Shown in pieces: positions 1 through 8,796 of a DNA stretch of 64,000 nucleotides (within the stretch, counting starts at the first letter, position 1; each line of letters opens with the position of its first letter). The DNA is from Actinomycetota bacterium. GTDB taxonomy: Bacteria > Actinomycetota > CALGFH01 > JBBAAN01. The stretch is taken from positions 18,969 through 82,968 of the forward strand of contig JBBAAN010000003.1 in NCBI GenBank assembly GCA_041658225.1. Direction: 5' to 3'. The translations under genes were made by a program, and so were the position numbers. The notes below the pieces were generated by a model, which worked only from the letters and a program-made list of their open reading frames with translations, searched no databases and was not told where the DNA came from.

Positions 1-865
1 TTCCGTTGCGCACCGTTCTCACAGGATCGAGGTTGCCGAGCAGGACCTGGCCGGGACCCATGGCCTCGCGCGCGAGAGCCGGATCCACCATGGAGTCCAG
101 GTCCACGATGTCGAAGCCGAGCTTGCCGATATCCGCGAGCAACGAGGTGATGTTGCCGCAGATATGCAACCGGGCCTTGGCCCCCATGTCGTGCAGCCCC
201 TCCAGCAAGCGCTTCTCGTAGGGCCATACGAACTCGCGATAGACCCGCGGTCCGACCAGAGAAGCCGCCGCGTCACCCACGCCGATCAGGTCGGCGCCGG
301 CCTCCACCTGGGCTCGTGCGAAGCGCAGGGCCATTTCCAGCGCGAACTCGAAGAGGTCCCGCACGAAATCCTCGTCGTCGAAGAAGTCGATCATCAGCCT
401 GTCCAGCCCCCGCAGGTCGGCTCCCTCGGCGCAAGGGCCCTCCACCCAGCCCTCGACCAGTAACTCCTCACCCACCCGCTCATCGAGCGCCGCCGCCGCC
501 AGGACACGGTCGTACATGCGAGCGCCACCCAGCGGATCGGGAAGCCCGAGCTTGGCCAAGTCGGCCTTGTCGGCCAGAAGGGAACGCGTGGCGCCGAGCG
601 CCGGCGGCTGGTCCTCAAAGAGCTCCAACACAGCTCCGCAATCAGCCGCCTCTCGCCCCGGGTCCGAGATGCAGGAGACGAAATCGATTCCGAACTCCTC
701 GGCCGTGCGAAGCTGGCCTTCCACGAGCAGGTCGTGGTCGAAGGCGTACTTGCCGTACTTCACTCCGATCATGTCCGCAGCGAACATCATCGTGATCGGC
801 ATGAACGGCACGTGGTCCACGGGCCGGCCTTCCAGCATTGCCAGGACTCTCTCGCGACCCTTCAC
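1..865 (-). CDS. Uroporphyrinogen-decarboxylase (URO-D) family protein (HemE/MtaA-like), 3' end truncated by the window edge; probable GTG start at 865
   Basis: Manual minus-strand translation in the GC3-rich frame gives VKGRERVLAMLEGRPVDHVPFMPITMMFAADMIGVKYGKYAFDHDLLVEGQLRTAEEFGIDFV...HICGNITSLLADIGKLGFDIVDLDSMVDP, typical of URO-D/methylcobamide:CoM methyltransferase-like folds. The ORF runs off position 1, so it is absent from the ORF track. Confidence 0.6.
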   Translation of the reverse strand, partial: MKGRERVLAMLEGRPVDHVPFMPITMMFAADMIGVKYGKYAFDHDLLVEGQLRTAEEFGIDFVSCISDPGREAADCGAVLELFEDQPPALGATRSLLADKADLAKLGLPDPLGGARMYDRVLAAAALDERVGEELLVEGWVEGPCAEGADLRGLDRLMIDFFDDEDFVRDLFEFALEMALRFARAQVEAGADLIGVGDAAASLVGPRVYREFVWPYEKRLLEGLHDMGAKARLHICGNITSLLADIGKLGFDIVDLDSMVDPALAREAMGPGQVLLGNLDPVRTVRNG

Positions 866-867
866 GG

Positions 868-1167
868 CTAGACGACGTCGTCCTTCTTCGCCAACTCCTC
901 CACGTTGACGTCACGGAAGGTCATGACCTTGACCTTGGTGACGAATCGCGCGGGGCGATACATGTCCCAGACCCAGGCGTCGGCCAGGACGACCTCGAAG
1001 TAGATCTCGCTGTTTTCGTTGCGCGGAATGACCTCCACGTGGTTGGCAAGGTAGAAGCGGCGCTCCGTCTCCACCACGTGCGAGAACATGGGCAGCACAT
1101 CCCGGTACTCACGGTAGAGCTGGAGCTCCATATCCGCCTCGTACTTCTCCAGGTCTTCGAGACTCAT
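868..1167 (-). CDS. DUF2469-family small protein conserved next to rnhB in Actinobacteria
   Basis: MSLEDLEKYEADMELQLYREYRDVLPMFSHVVETERRFYLANHVEV... Its ATG overlaps the rnhB stop (ATGA), and it occupies the conserved position after rnhB. Confidence 0.75.
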   Translation of the reverse strand: MSLEDLEKYEADMELQLYREYRDVLPMFSHVVETERRFYLANHVEVIPRNENSEIYFEVVLADAWVWDMYRPARFVTKVKVMTFRDVNVEELAKKDDVV

Positions 1168-1790
1168 CCCACGACCTCCAGTCCGGGCAGGACCCCCTGA
1201 CCGACCCGCGCAAACGATCGGCGGTGGGCCGGACACGGCCCCAGGGCGACCAACGCCGCCAGGTGCTCCTCAGTGCCGTACCCGGCATGCCGCTCGAATC
1301 CGTATCCAGGGTAGCGCGCCGCGAGCCTGGCCATAAGCCGGTCCCTTGTGACCTTGGCCACGATCGAGGCGGCGGCGATGCTGGCACAGACCCGGTCACC
1401 CTTCTTGACCGCCAGCACGGGAAACGGCGCTCCTCGAACAGGAAAGCCGTCACAAAGCCCGTAGTCGGGCGGCCCCTCCAACCGGGCGAGCGCCTGGCCG
1501 AGGGCCCAGAGGTTGCACGGCTGGATCCCCTCACGGTCGATGCGGCCCGGGGAGACTCTCACCACGGCCACACTCGCCGCAGCGAGGATCTCCTCGAACA
1601 GCGTCTCACGCCGTTGTCGCGAAAGAAGTTTGGAATCGCTCAGGCCCTCGATCGCATCGAGGTCGCGCAGCACCACGGCCGCGGCGACAAGGGGCCCGGC
1701 CAGCGCACCACGGCCGGCCTCGTCCGCTCCCGCTATCCGGCGAAACCCACCGGAGCGCAGCCGTTGCTCATAGTAGGTGCCGGCTCGCAT
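1164..1790 (-). CDS. rnhB: Ribonuclease HII
   Basis: IAGADEAGRGALAGPLVAAAVVL...DSKLLS...ASIAAASIVAKVTRD motifs, 208 aa. Confidence 0.9.
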   Translation of the reverse strand: MRAGTYYEQRLRSGGFRRIAGADEAGRGALAGPLVAAAVVLRDLDAIEGLSDSKLLSRQRRETLFEEILAAASVAVVRVSPGRIDREGIQPCNLWALGQALARLEGPPDYGLCDGFPVRGAPFPVLAVKKGDRVCASIAAASIVAKVTRDRLMARLAARYPGYGFERHAGYGTEEHLAALVALGPCPAHRRSFARVGQGVLPGLEVVG

Positions 1791-1919
1791 CCGCTCAGAA
1801 CCCGCTGACGGCCAAAAGTGGCATCACCGCCACCCAAGAGGGCGGCGGCTTCGACCTGAGGAATCCGTGGTGAGCCCTGGGAGCCCCGGCCCTGCTCAAA
1901 CCCCGGCCGGGTCCGAGGC

Positions 1920-2291
1920 TCATGACTGTGGCTGTGACGGCTCGCGCTTCTCGCGCTTCTCGCGGATCTTGGCGGCGCGGCCGACGCGCGAGCGCAGGTA
2001 GTAGAGCTTGGCGCGGCGCACGTCACCACGTGTGAGCAACTCCACCTTGGCGACGGTCGGCGAGTGCACCGGGAAGGTGCGCTCAACGCCCACTCCAAAG
2101 GAGATCTTGCGCACGGTAAAGGTCTCGCGCACGCCTCCGCCCTGACGGCGGATCACAGCGCCCTGGAAGACCTGGACGCGCTCACGGCCCGCCTCGACCA
2201 CTCGCACGTGTACCTTGACGGTGTCGCCCGGCCGGAAGTCCGGCAGGTCCTCGCGCAGGAGGGGCCTCTCTACGAGGTCCAACTTGTTCAT
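1920..2291 (-). CDS. rplS: 50S ribosomal protein L19
   Basis: MNKLDLVE...[60 protein letters not shown]. Confidence 0.95.
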   Translation of the reverse strand: MNKLDLVERPLLREDLPDFRPGDTVKVHVRVVEAGRERVQVFQGAVIRRQGGGVRETFTVRKISFGVGVERTFPVHSPTVAKVELLTRGDVRRAKLYYLRSRVGRAAKIREKREKREPSQPQS

Positions 2292-2330
2292 GGCTGAAAA
2301 TGCTCCTTGCCGTGTCGGAATGCCCAGAAA

Positions 2331-3101
2331 CTATAGCACAGACCCTTGATGGTCCTCGGTTTCGCGCCGCTCTTCGGAGAGCCGGTCGAGCAACTCCCCC
2401 AACACGCGGCGGTCCTCGGGTGAGAGAACCGCTTCGGCCAGCAGATCCGGCCGGCGCCGAAGTGTGCGCTCGAGCGCCTGGTGCCGGCGCCATTCGGCCA
2501 CCGCCTCGTGGTCGCCCGAGCGCAGTATCTCGGGCACATCCAGGCCCCGGAACTCGGCAGGACGGGTGTAGTGGGGGTACTCGAGCAGGCCCTGCGAAAA
2601 GGACTCCTCCACCGTCGACTCCTCATTGCCCAACACCCCCGGCAACAGGCGGCTGACGACCTCGATCAGCACCAGAGCCGCCGACTCTCCACCGGCCAGC
2701 ACGTAGTCGCCGATCGACACTTCATCGGTGGCCAGGCTTCGCACACGCTCGTCCACGCCCTCGTAGCGCCCGCACATGAGCAGCAGCCTCGACTCTTCGG
2801 CCAGTTCCCATGCATAGGCCTGAGTCAGCACCCGGCCCGTCGGGCAGAACAGCACGGTGCGAACCGGCTCGTCCCCACGTATGGACTCAACCGCCTCGAA
2901 CCAGGGTTCGGGCTTCATTACCATGCCCGCCCCACCGCCATAGGGCTCATCATCCACCGTGCGGTGGCGGTCGTGGGTGTGGTCGCGCAGGTCGTGGAAT
3001 GCGACGTCCAACAGTCCTCGCTCGCCGGCTCTTCCCAGGAGGCTCGCCCTCAACGGGGAGTCGAAGAACTCGGGGAATATGGTCACTACGTCGATACGCA
3101 C
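2331..3101 (-). CDS. trmD: tRNA (guanine37-N1)-methyltransferase
   Basis: [13 protein letters not shown]...[17 protein letters not shown]...VLAGGE family signature. Confidence 0.95.
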   Translation of the reverse strand: MRIDVVTIFPEFFDSPLRASLLGRAGERGLLDVAFHDLRDHTHDRHRTVDDEPYGGGAGMVMKPEPWFEAVESIRGDEPVRTVLFCPTGRVLTQAYAWELAEESRLLLMCGRYEGVDERVRSLATDEVSIGDYVLAGGESAALVLIEVVSRLLPGVLGNEESTVEESFSQGLLEYPHYTRPAEFRGLDVPEILRSGDHEAVAEWRRHQALERTLRRRPDLLAEAVLSPEDRRVLGELLDRLSEERRETEDHQGSVL

Positions 3102-3103
3102 GC

Positions 3104-3628
3104 CTAGCCCTCCTCAGCATCAGAAGGGTTGAACAGGCCCGGTATGGCGCGCACGACCACCCGGCCCTTCTCGAGGTCCACCTCGGAGATCAGCTCCGGG
3201 ACCGAGGGCACCATCACTTCATCCCCCCCAATCGTGCGAACGACCAGCATCGTGCTGGCCGGGTAGTCCAGGACCTCGCTCACTCGGCCCAGAGTCTCAC
3301 CGGCCTGGCCGACGACCTCCAACCCGACGAGCTGAAAGTCCCAGAACTCCCCTTCCGCAAGCGCGCGCGCGGTCTCGAGAGGAACCAACAGATCCGTCCC
3401 CTGGATCGCCTGCGCCGCCTCACGGCTGGCCACTCCCTCAAAGCAGACGAGCAGCCACTCACGGCCGGTGCGGCAGGCAGACACCTCCAGCTCGCGCATT
3501 TCCCCCGCTTCAGGATTGCCGGCGAGCAGACGGCTGCCCGGCGCGAAGCGAGTGGGCTCGTCGGAGAGAACCTCCACCCGCACCTCGCCATGGATGCCAT
3601 GGGGCTTTCCCACCCGCCCAACGACCAG
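3104..3628 (-). CDS. rimM: 16S rRNA processing protein RimM (start codon uncertain; probably non-ATG near 3628-3640)
   Basis: [38 protein letters not shown]... matches the RimM N-terminus (cf. MELVVGRV...). The upstream in-frame ATG at 3808 would overlap the KH gene by 165 nt, so an internal CTG/ATT/GTG start after the KH stop is more likely. Confidence 0.8.
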   Translation of the reverse strand: MVVGRVGKPHGIHGEVRVEVLSDEPTRFAPGSRLLAGNPEAGEMRELEVSACRTGREWLLVCFEGVASREAAQAIQGTDLLVPLETARALAEGEFWDFQLVGLEVVGQAGETLGRVSEVLDYPASTMLVVRTIGGDEVMVPSVPELISEVDLEKGRVVVRAIPGLFNPSDAEEG

Positions 3629-3642
3629 GTGAGTGGGAATGC

Positions 3643-4086
3643 CTACTCCACGATCTCCACGCTGGTCCGGTGTCCCGCCAGAGTGCCGGCGACCTTGGCC
3701 ATGGTCCGCAGCGCCCGGGCGGTCCGCCCGTGCCTGCCGATCACCTTGCCCACGTCCTCCGGGTGAACCCGCAACTCGTAGACCATTCGCCGGCTCTCGG
3801 GAACGCATGCCACCCGCACCTCTTCTGGATGCTCGACGATCGCCCGGGCGCAGTACTCGATCACTTCGAGCACCCTGTCGCCCGAGCCTTCGGAAAGCTC
3901 CTCGTCCGCTTCGCCGGCGAGCGCGCCGGCCACTTGGGCGTTTGGATCGACCTGGACAGCCTCGACACCCGGGGCCGTCTCTACCGCCTCAGGATCCTGG
4001 CTCGTCGGTTCGACCGCCTCAGGATCCTGGCTCGTCGGTTCGACCAACCCCGAGTCCGGGGCGTCCGGCCGATCTTCCGGTGTCAC
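3643..4086 (-). CDS. KH-domain RNA-binding protein (UPF0109/YlqC-like) of the rpsP-rimM operon
   Basis: C-terminal [28 protein letters not shown] motif; conserved position between rpsP and rimM. The N-terminal low-complexity region carries a perfect 30-bp tandem duplication. Confidence 0.8.
   Translation of the reverse strand: MTPEDRPDAPDSGLVEPTSQDPEAVEPTSQDPEAVETAPGVEAVQVDPNAQVAGALAGEADEELSEGSGDRVLEVIEYCARAIVEHPEEVRVACVPESRRMVYELRVHPEDVGKVIGRHGRTARALRTMAKVAGTLAGHRTSVEIVE
3985..4044. repeat. Perfect 2 x 30 bp tandem duplication (cgcctcaggatcctggctcgtcggttcgac) inside the KH-protein gene, encoding a repeated [10 protein letters not shown]
   Basis: Seen directly in the sequence. Confidence 0.85.
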
Positions 4087-4418
4087 TTCTCGGCCTTCTT
4101 CCCCGGATTCTTGGCCTTGGCCTTGTCCTTGTCCTTGGCCTTGGCCGCGGGGGCCGGCCGGGAAGCCTCGAACTTCTCCCAGATCCCGGCGATCTTCAGC
4201 AGGACCTGCACCTGAGCCGAGGGCTTCGCCCCGACGGACAGCCAGTACAGCGCCCGCGCCTCATCGATCTTTACGAGAGACGGTTCCTCTCTCGGCTGGT
4301 AGACCCCGATGGTCTCGATGAACCGCCCGTCGCGGGGAGAGCGGCTATCGGCCACGGTCACCCGGTAGGTCGGAGCCTTCTTGGCCCCCCCACGCATCAG
4401 CCTGATTCGAACTGCCAT
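4083..4418 (-). CDS. rpsP: 30S ribosomal protein S16 with Lys/Ala-rich C-terminal tail
   Basis: [42 protein letters not shown]. Confidence 0.95.
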   Translation of the reverse strand: MAVRIRLMRGGAKKAPTYRVTVADSRSPRDGRFIETIGVYQPREEPSLVKIDEARALYWLSVGAKPSAQVQVLLKIAGIWEKFEASRPAPAAKAKDKDKAKAKNPGKKAEK

Positions 4419-4553
4419 TTCCTTGCCCCTTCTCTTCCGGCCGGCGGCCCGCCCCCGGTCCTGGGGTCTGCCTCTCCGGCCCTGGGCCCCAAAGGGCCCG
4501 ACCGTCCCCGGCTTTGCGCCGGGGCGCCCGCGGCTGCGGGCTATCCCGTTCCC

Positions 4554-5885
4554 CTAGAACGGAAGCTGCAACGGGCCCCGGCGCCCTTTGGCGCCGGCCC
4601 CGAGAGTCTTGAGCAGCTTGCGCGCGCCCTCGAACTGCCGCAAGAGCTGGTTCACCTCTTGGGTCGTGGTTCCCGACCCTCGAGCGATGCGCGCACGCCG
4701 CGAGCCGCTGATGATACGCGGATCCCGGCGCTCGTGCGGAGTCATGGAGCAGATGATGGCCTCCACACGCGCCATCTCGGTGTCGTCGACCTGAAGATCC
4801 TTGAGCTTGCCCACCCCAGGGAGCATCCCGAGGATCTGGGACAGAGGCCCCATCTTCTTCATCTGGCGAAGCTGCGATAGGAAGTCCTCGAGGGTGAAGC
4901 TGGCCTTGATCAGCTTCTCCTGCATCTTGGCCGCCTCGGCGGCGTCCATCGTCGCCTCGGCCTTCTCGATCAGAGTGAGCACGTCACCCATGCCGAGGAT
5001 GCGGGAGGCCATCCGATCGGGATGGAAGACCTCGAAATCGGCGAGCTTCTCCCCCACGCCGGCGAACTTCACCGGTTTGCCCGAGACGCTCGCCACGGAC
5101 AGAGCCGCACCGCCGCGCGCATCGCCGTCCAGCTTGGACAGAACGATCCCCGAGAAGTCGACTTCCTTGGCGAAGGCCACCGCCACGTTGACCGCGTCCT
5201 GACCGGTCATGGAATCCACGACCAGCAAGATTTCGTGCGGATGCGTGCGCTCCTTGATCGCGCGGGCCTGCGCCATCATCTCCGGGTCGATGTGCAAACG
5301 CCCGGCAGTGTCCAGGATCACCACGTCCCGGCCCTGACGATCCACTTCGCGCACGGCAGCCTCGGCCACCACCACGGGGTCCCCCTGACCCGTTCCCGGC
5401 TCCGGCGCGAAAACGGGAACACCGGCTTGCTCGCCCAGGATCTTGAGCTGCTGCACCGCGGCGGGTCGCTGAAGGTCGCAGGCCGCCAGCAGCGGGTGGT
5501 GACCCGTTGCCTTCAAATGGTGAGCCAGCTTGGCCGCGATAGTCGTCTTACCCGAACCCTGCAGTCCGGCAACCATCACAACCGTTGGGGGCTTGGGCGC
5601 GAAGATCAGCTTGGATTGCGCGTGGCCGAGGATGCCGATCAGCTCCTCGTTGACGATCTTGACCACCTGCTGAGCCGGCGTGAGGCTGGTCCGCACCTCT
5701 TCCCCGATGGAGCGCTCGCGCACGGCGGCCACGAAGTCCTTGACCACCTTGAAGTTGACGTCGGCTTCCAGCAACGCCAGGCGAATCTCGCGCATTGCGG
5801 CATCAACGTCCGCCTCAGTCAGGCGGCCGTGGCGGCGAAGCGACTTGAACACGCTCTCGAAGCGAGCGGAGAGATTGTCGAACAC
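4554..5885 (-). CDS. ffh: Signal recognition particle protein Ffh
   Basis: NG domain (GLQGSGKTT, DTAGR) plus Met-rich M domain, 443 aa. Confidence 0.95.
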   Translation of the reverse strand: MFDNLSARFESVFKSLRRHGRLTEADVDAAMREIRLALLEADVNFKVVKDFVAAVRERSIGEEVRTSLTPAQQVVKIVNEELIGILGHAQSKLIFAPKPPTVVMVAGLQGSGKTTIAAKLAHHLKATGHHPLLAACDLQRPAAVQQLKILGEQAGVPVFAPEPGTGQGDPVVVAEAAVREVDRQGRDVVILDTAGRLHIDPEMMAQARAIKERTHPHEILLVVDSMTGQDAVNVAVAFAKEVDFSGIVLSKLDGDARGGAALSVASVSGKPVKFAGVGEKLADFEVFHPDRMASRILGMGDVLTLIEKAEATMDAAEAAKMQEKLIKASFTLEDFLSQLRQMKKMGPLSQILGMLPGVGKLKDLQVDDTEMARVEAIICSMTPHERRDPRIISGSRRARIARGSGTTTQEVNQLLRQFEGARKLLKTLGAGAKGRRGPLQLPF

Positions 5886-6005
5886 TGAGTGTTCCTAGGG
5901 GATGCGCGGTCCGAGCCCGCCTACCGTACGGATCGCTCCCAAACCATGTCAACCCAACCCGTTACCAAGCCATGACCCTGGCGGGGCGGGTCCTACCTAT
6001 CCTGC

Positions 6006-7739
6006 CTATCCTGCCGCCCGCAATCTCACGACGAATCTCGCGCCGGTCGGCTGATCCGCTTCGTAGCTGATCCGCCCCCCAAGGACATCGGTCAGCCGTT
6101 TGGCGACCGCCAAGCCCAGCCCCGATCCCGGGATGCCCCGGGCGTTGTCCCCCCGGATGAACGTCTGGAAGAGGTGAGGAATGAGATTCTCCGGGACCCC
6201 GGGTCCGTCATCACGGACCGCCAGGATCACGCAATCGCTCTCCCGTATGGCCTCCAGACATATCTTCTGTCCCCCGTAGCGATAGGCGTTGACCAGCAAA
6301 TTGGCCAGGATTTGCTCCAAGCGCGCGGCGTCGGCTATGACCACCGCTCCGTCACCCAAGCGCACCTCTAAGGACTTGCCCGCCGGTGCGGGAAACGACT
6401 CAGCCACCCGGCCCATGCATTCCGCGACCGGGAAGGCCGCGAAGTTCAACTCCAGGCGACCCATCTCCACCTGGGAGATATCGAGGAGGTTCTGGACCAA
6501 GACGCGAACGCGCTCGCCCTGGCGCTCCAGAGCCGCCAGGCTCTCCTCGATCTGCTCCTCGGTCAGCCTACTCCAGTGTTTGGCGAGGGTGGCGGCGACA
6601 CCGGCGATCACCGTCAGGGGAGTGCGCAATTGGTGAGTCGCGTCGGCGATGAACTCGCGCTCGCGGGCAAAGAGCTGGCAGCGCTCCAGCGCCAGGTCGG
6701 CAAGGCCGGCGAGCATTCGCAGCAGGCGAAGCTCCTCGTCCCCGAACAGGGGTGCGAAAGGGCTGGTCCAGACCAGCAGGGCTCCGGACCGCACCGCCAA
6801 CCGCATCGGCACGGGAGCACCGGCGGGGACCGTCAGTTGGTCACCCTCCCCCACTGATGCCGAGGACATCTCCGACGCCAACTCGAGGGTGAGCCCATGA
6901 GCGCCGATCAGCTTGCCTCGCTGATCCATCAGGGCCACCGCCCGGCCGCCCGAGATGCCGGCAACCGCAGGCAGCAACCGTGCAGTAACCTCGCTCGCCG
7001 TGGTCGCCGAGATCAAATCGCCCAGAGCGGCCTGCATGGCGTCGTACTCAGGACGCCGCCAGGCTTCGCGTATGAACCTTGGAGGAGAGAACGCAAGGGC
7101 AAACAGAGCTGCGCCCAGGATCGTCAATGTCTCGATCCAGAACGTGGTTGTGTCGGATCGAACCCCCGATGTGCCCAGGCTGACCACAAGCGCCAAGTTC
7201 AACTCGATCGCGGAGATGCCCAGCAACCGCATCCGGCGTTGGGCAACTCCGGGTTCTCTCTGACCTCCGGCCAGGAAACCCACCGCGACTGCCACCAGCA
7301 GGACGGTCCACTGCACGGCCCAGGAGCTGATGAACAGAACCCGCCATCCCGAGAAAACTGTGGTTCTCGCTCCCACCCCCGGGACTAGGAAAGCCTCACC
7401 GGCGACAAGGACCGTGATCGACGCCCCTGTCCACTCCAGCCATCTACGCTGGGGGCGAAGGGCTGCCATGAACCGAAAGAGCAGGTAGGGGGCAATGACC
7501 ATCAAGGCCACGTCCACCTTCAGCGTCCAGGAGGCGGCACTCCCCTCCGGCAACCGCCGGACGACCACGTTGAGCACTTGGGCCGCAGCCGCCGCGGCGA
7601 AAGCAGACGCAACCCAACCCGCCGGCACTCCGCCGTGTCTGCGCCACAGCCGCAGTCCGATGACCGCCAGGCCGACGAAAGCCAGGGCTTCCAGGTACAG
7701 GGCGATCTCAGCGGCCAGATGCAATCCCGACTCCCCCAC
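6006..7739 (-). CDS. Membrane sensor histidine kinase (multi-TM N-terminal sensor, HisKA, HATPase_c); no response regulator adjacent
   Basis: H-box ADATHQLRTPLTVI; N/G boxes LLVNAYRYGG...DDGPGVPE...GSGLGLAVAKRL. Confidence 0.8.
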   Translation of the reverse strand: MGESGLHLAAEIALYLEALAFVGLAVIGLRLWRRHGGVPAGWVASAFAAAAAAQVLNVVVRRLPEGSAASWTLKVDVALMVIAPYLLFRFMAALRPQRRWLEWTGASITVLVAGEAFLVPGVGARTTVFSGWRVLFISSWAVQWTVLLVAVAVGFLAGGQREPGVAQRRMRLLGISAIELNLALVVSLGTSGVRSDTTTFWIETLTILGAALFALAFSPPRFIREAWRRPEYDAMQAALGDLISATTASEVTARLLPAVAGISGGRAVALMDQRGKLIGAHGLTLELASEMSSASVGEGDQLTVPAGAPVPMRLAVRSGALLVWTSPFAPLFGDEELRLLRMLAGLADLALERCQLFAREREFIADATHQLRTPLTVIAGVAATLAKHWSRLTEEQIEESLAALERQGERVRVLVQNLLDISQVEMGRLELNFAAFPVAECMGRVAESFPAPAGKSLEVRLGDGAVVIADAARLEQILANLLVNAYRYGGQKICLEAIRESDCVILAVRDDGPGVPENLIPHLFQTFIRGDNARGIPGSGLGLAVAKRLTDVLGGRISYEADQPTGARFVVRLRAAG

Positions 7740-8021
7740 TTGCTGCTTCGCCGGCGGTCACGACACCCGAGTGGACGGCCCACCCCACGCAAGCCAGTTT
7801 GACCTCTGAGCGGACATCACGCCAGAGCCGTGCAGACGGCCGATCCCTCCTGATGCCCACACTCGACGGAAGGGTTCCGCACCTCCTCGTTCCGACAACC
7901 TACGCGTCTTGAGACCGCGAGCGCCATCCGTGGATTCCTTTGGTGGTCTCGAGTGAACGGTGCGCGAACCGGCGCTCGCTGCCCGCGCACCCCCTGTCGG
8001 TCTCTCGAAGGCCGCCGTGGC

Positions 8022-8243
8022 CTATAGGAGCTTGCCGAACTCCTCGGAGGAAAGGCCCGCCTGTCGCAGGATCGACCAGAGAGTGCCCCGCGCCAGCTCG
8101 TCGTGGGCCGGAACGATCGCGATTCTCCCGTCGGGATGCCGGAGCTTGACGTGGCTGCCGCGTTGGCTGACTTGCCTGAAACCCGCTCTCACAAGCGCCT
8201 TGACGGTCTGCGCGCCCGATACGACAGGAAGGGCAGGGCTCAC
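8022..8243 (-). CDS. hicA: HicA-family mRNA interferase toxin
   Basis: TVKALVRAGFRQVSQRGSHVKLRHPDGRIAIVPAHDELARGTLWSILRQAGL (YcfA/HicA fold signature). Overlaps the hicB stop by 4 nt. Confidence 0.75.
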   Translation of the reverse strand: MSPALPVVSGAQTVKALVRAGFRQVSQRGSHVKLRHPDGRIAIVPAHDELARGTLWSILRQAGLSSEEFGKLL

Positions 8244-8440
8244 GCCGAGAGCTCGACGCTCGCGATGATTGGAGGCTCGATGGCCTCAGGGAGGGAAGCG
8301 TCCTCGAAGTAGAGCTCGAGGGCCTCCTTGAGGTTTGCCAGCGCTTCCTCGACGGTGCTGCCCTGGCTGGCCACCTCCACCTCGAGGGACCGGGCGACGT
8401 ACCAGGGCGGTTCGTGGGTGACCACGGCAGTGAATCGCAT
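8240..8440 (-). CDS. hicB: HicB-family antitoxin (UPF0150)
   Basis: MRFTAVVTHEPPWYVARSLEVEVASQGSTVEEALANLKEALELYFED, a typical HicB N-domain. Confidence 0.7.
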   Translation of the reverse strand: MRFTAVVTHEPPWYVARSLEVEVASQGSTVEEALANLKEALELYFEDASLPEAIEPPIIASVELSA

Positions 8441-8508
8441 GCTGCAAGTCTACGGCACGGTTCGCCCTCCGTCAGGTTGAATTCCTCAAGCGAGCACGTC
8501 ACGGACGG

Positions 8509-8584
8509 TGGTGGGCGCTACAGGACTCGAACCTGTGACCCCTTCCTTGTAAGGGAAGTGCTCTCGCCACTGAGCCAAGCGCCC
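8509..8584 (-). tRNA. tRNA-Val (anticodon TAC), CCA encoded
   Basis: Reverse complement GGGCGCUUGGCUCAGUGGCGAGAGCACUUCCCUUACAAGGAAGGGGUCACAGGUUCGAGUCCUGUAGCGCCCACCA folds as a cloverleaf. The anticodon loop is CUUACAA. Confidence 0.9.
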
Positions 8585-8796
8585 TTGCCTGAATCCTCTT
8601 GCCGGCCGCACGAGGATAGGGGCGCCCGCAAACAAGTGTCAATGAGTCGGCAGGCTAGGGATAGCGTCACCTCTGAGCCAGCAGAGCACCTGACCCGAGA
8701 TCCCACACCGAAAGGCGAAGGGCTCGTAGTGTCTTCTTGAGGACCAACCCAAGGAAGCGACCACGTGCCCGAGCTCACGATAGCGGTTTCGGCGTC

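Noticed and set aside
7740-8021. Possible att repeat of the tRNA-Val 3' end on the far side of hicBA (tggtggtctcgagtgaacggtgcgcgaacc)
   Set aside because: It shares only the ends (tggtgg...gaacc) with the tRNA 3' end and the spacing differs. Too weak to call.
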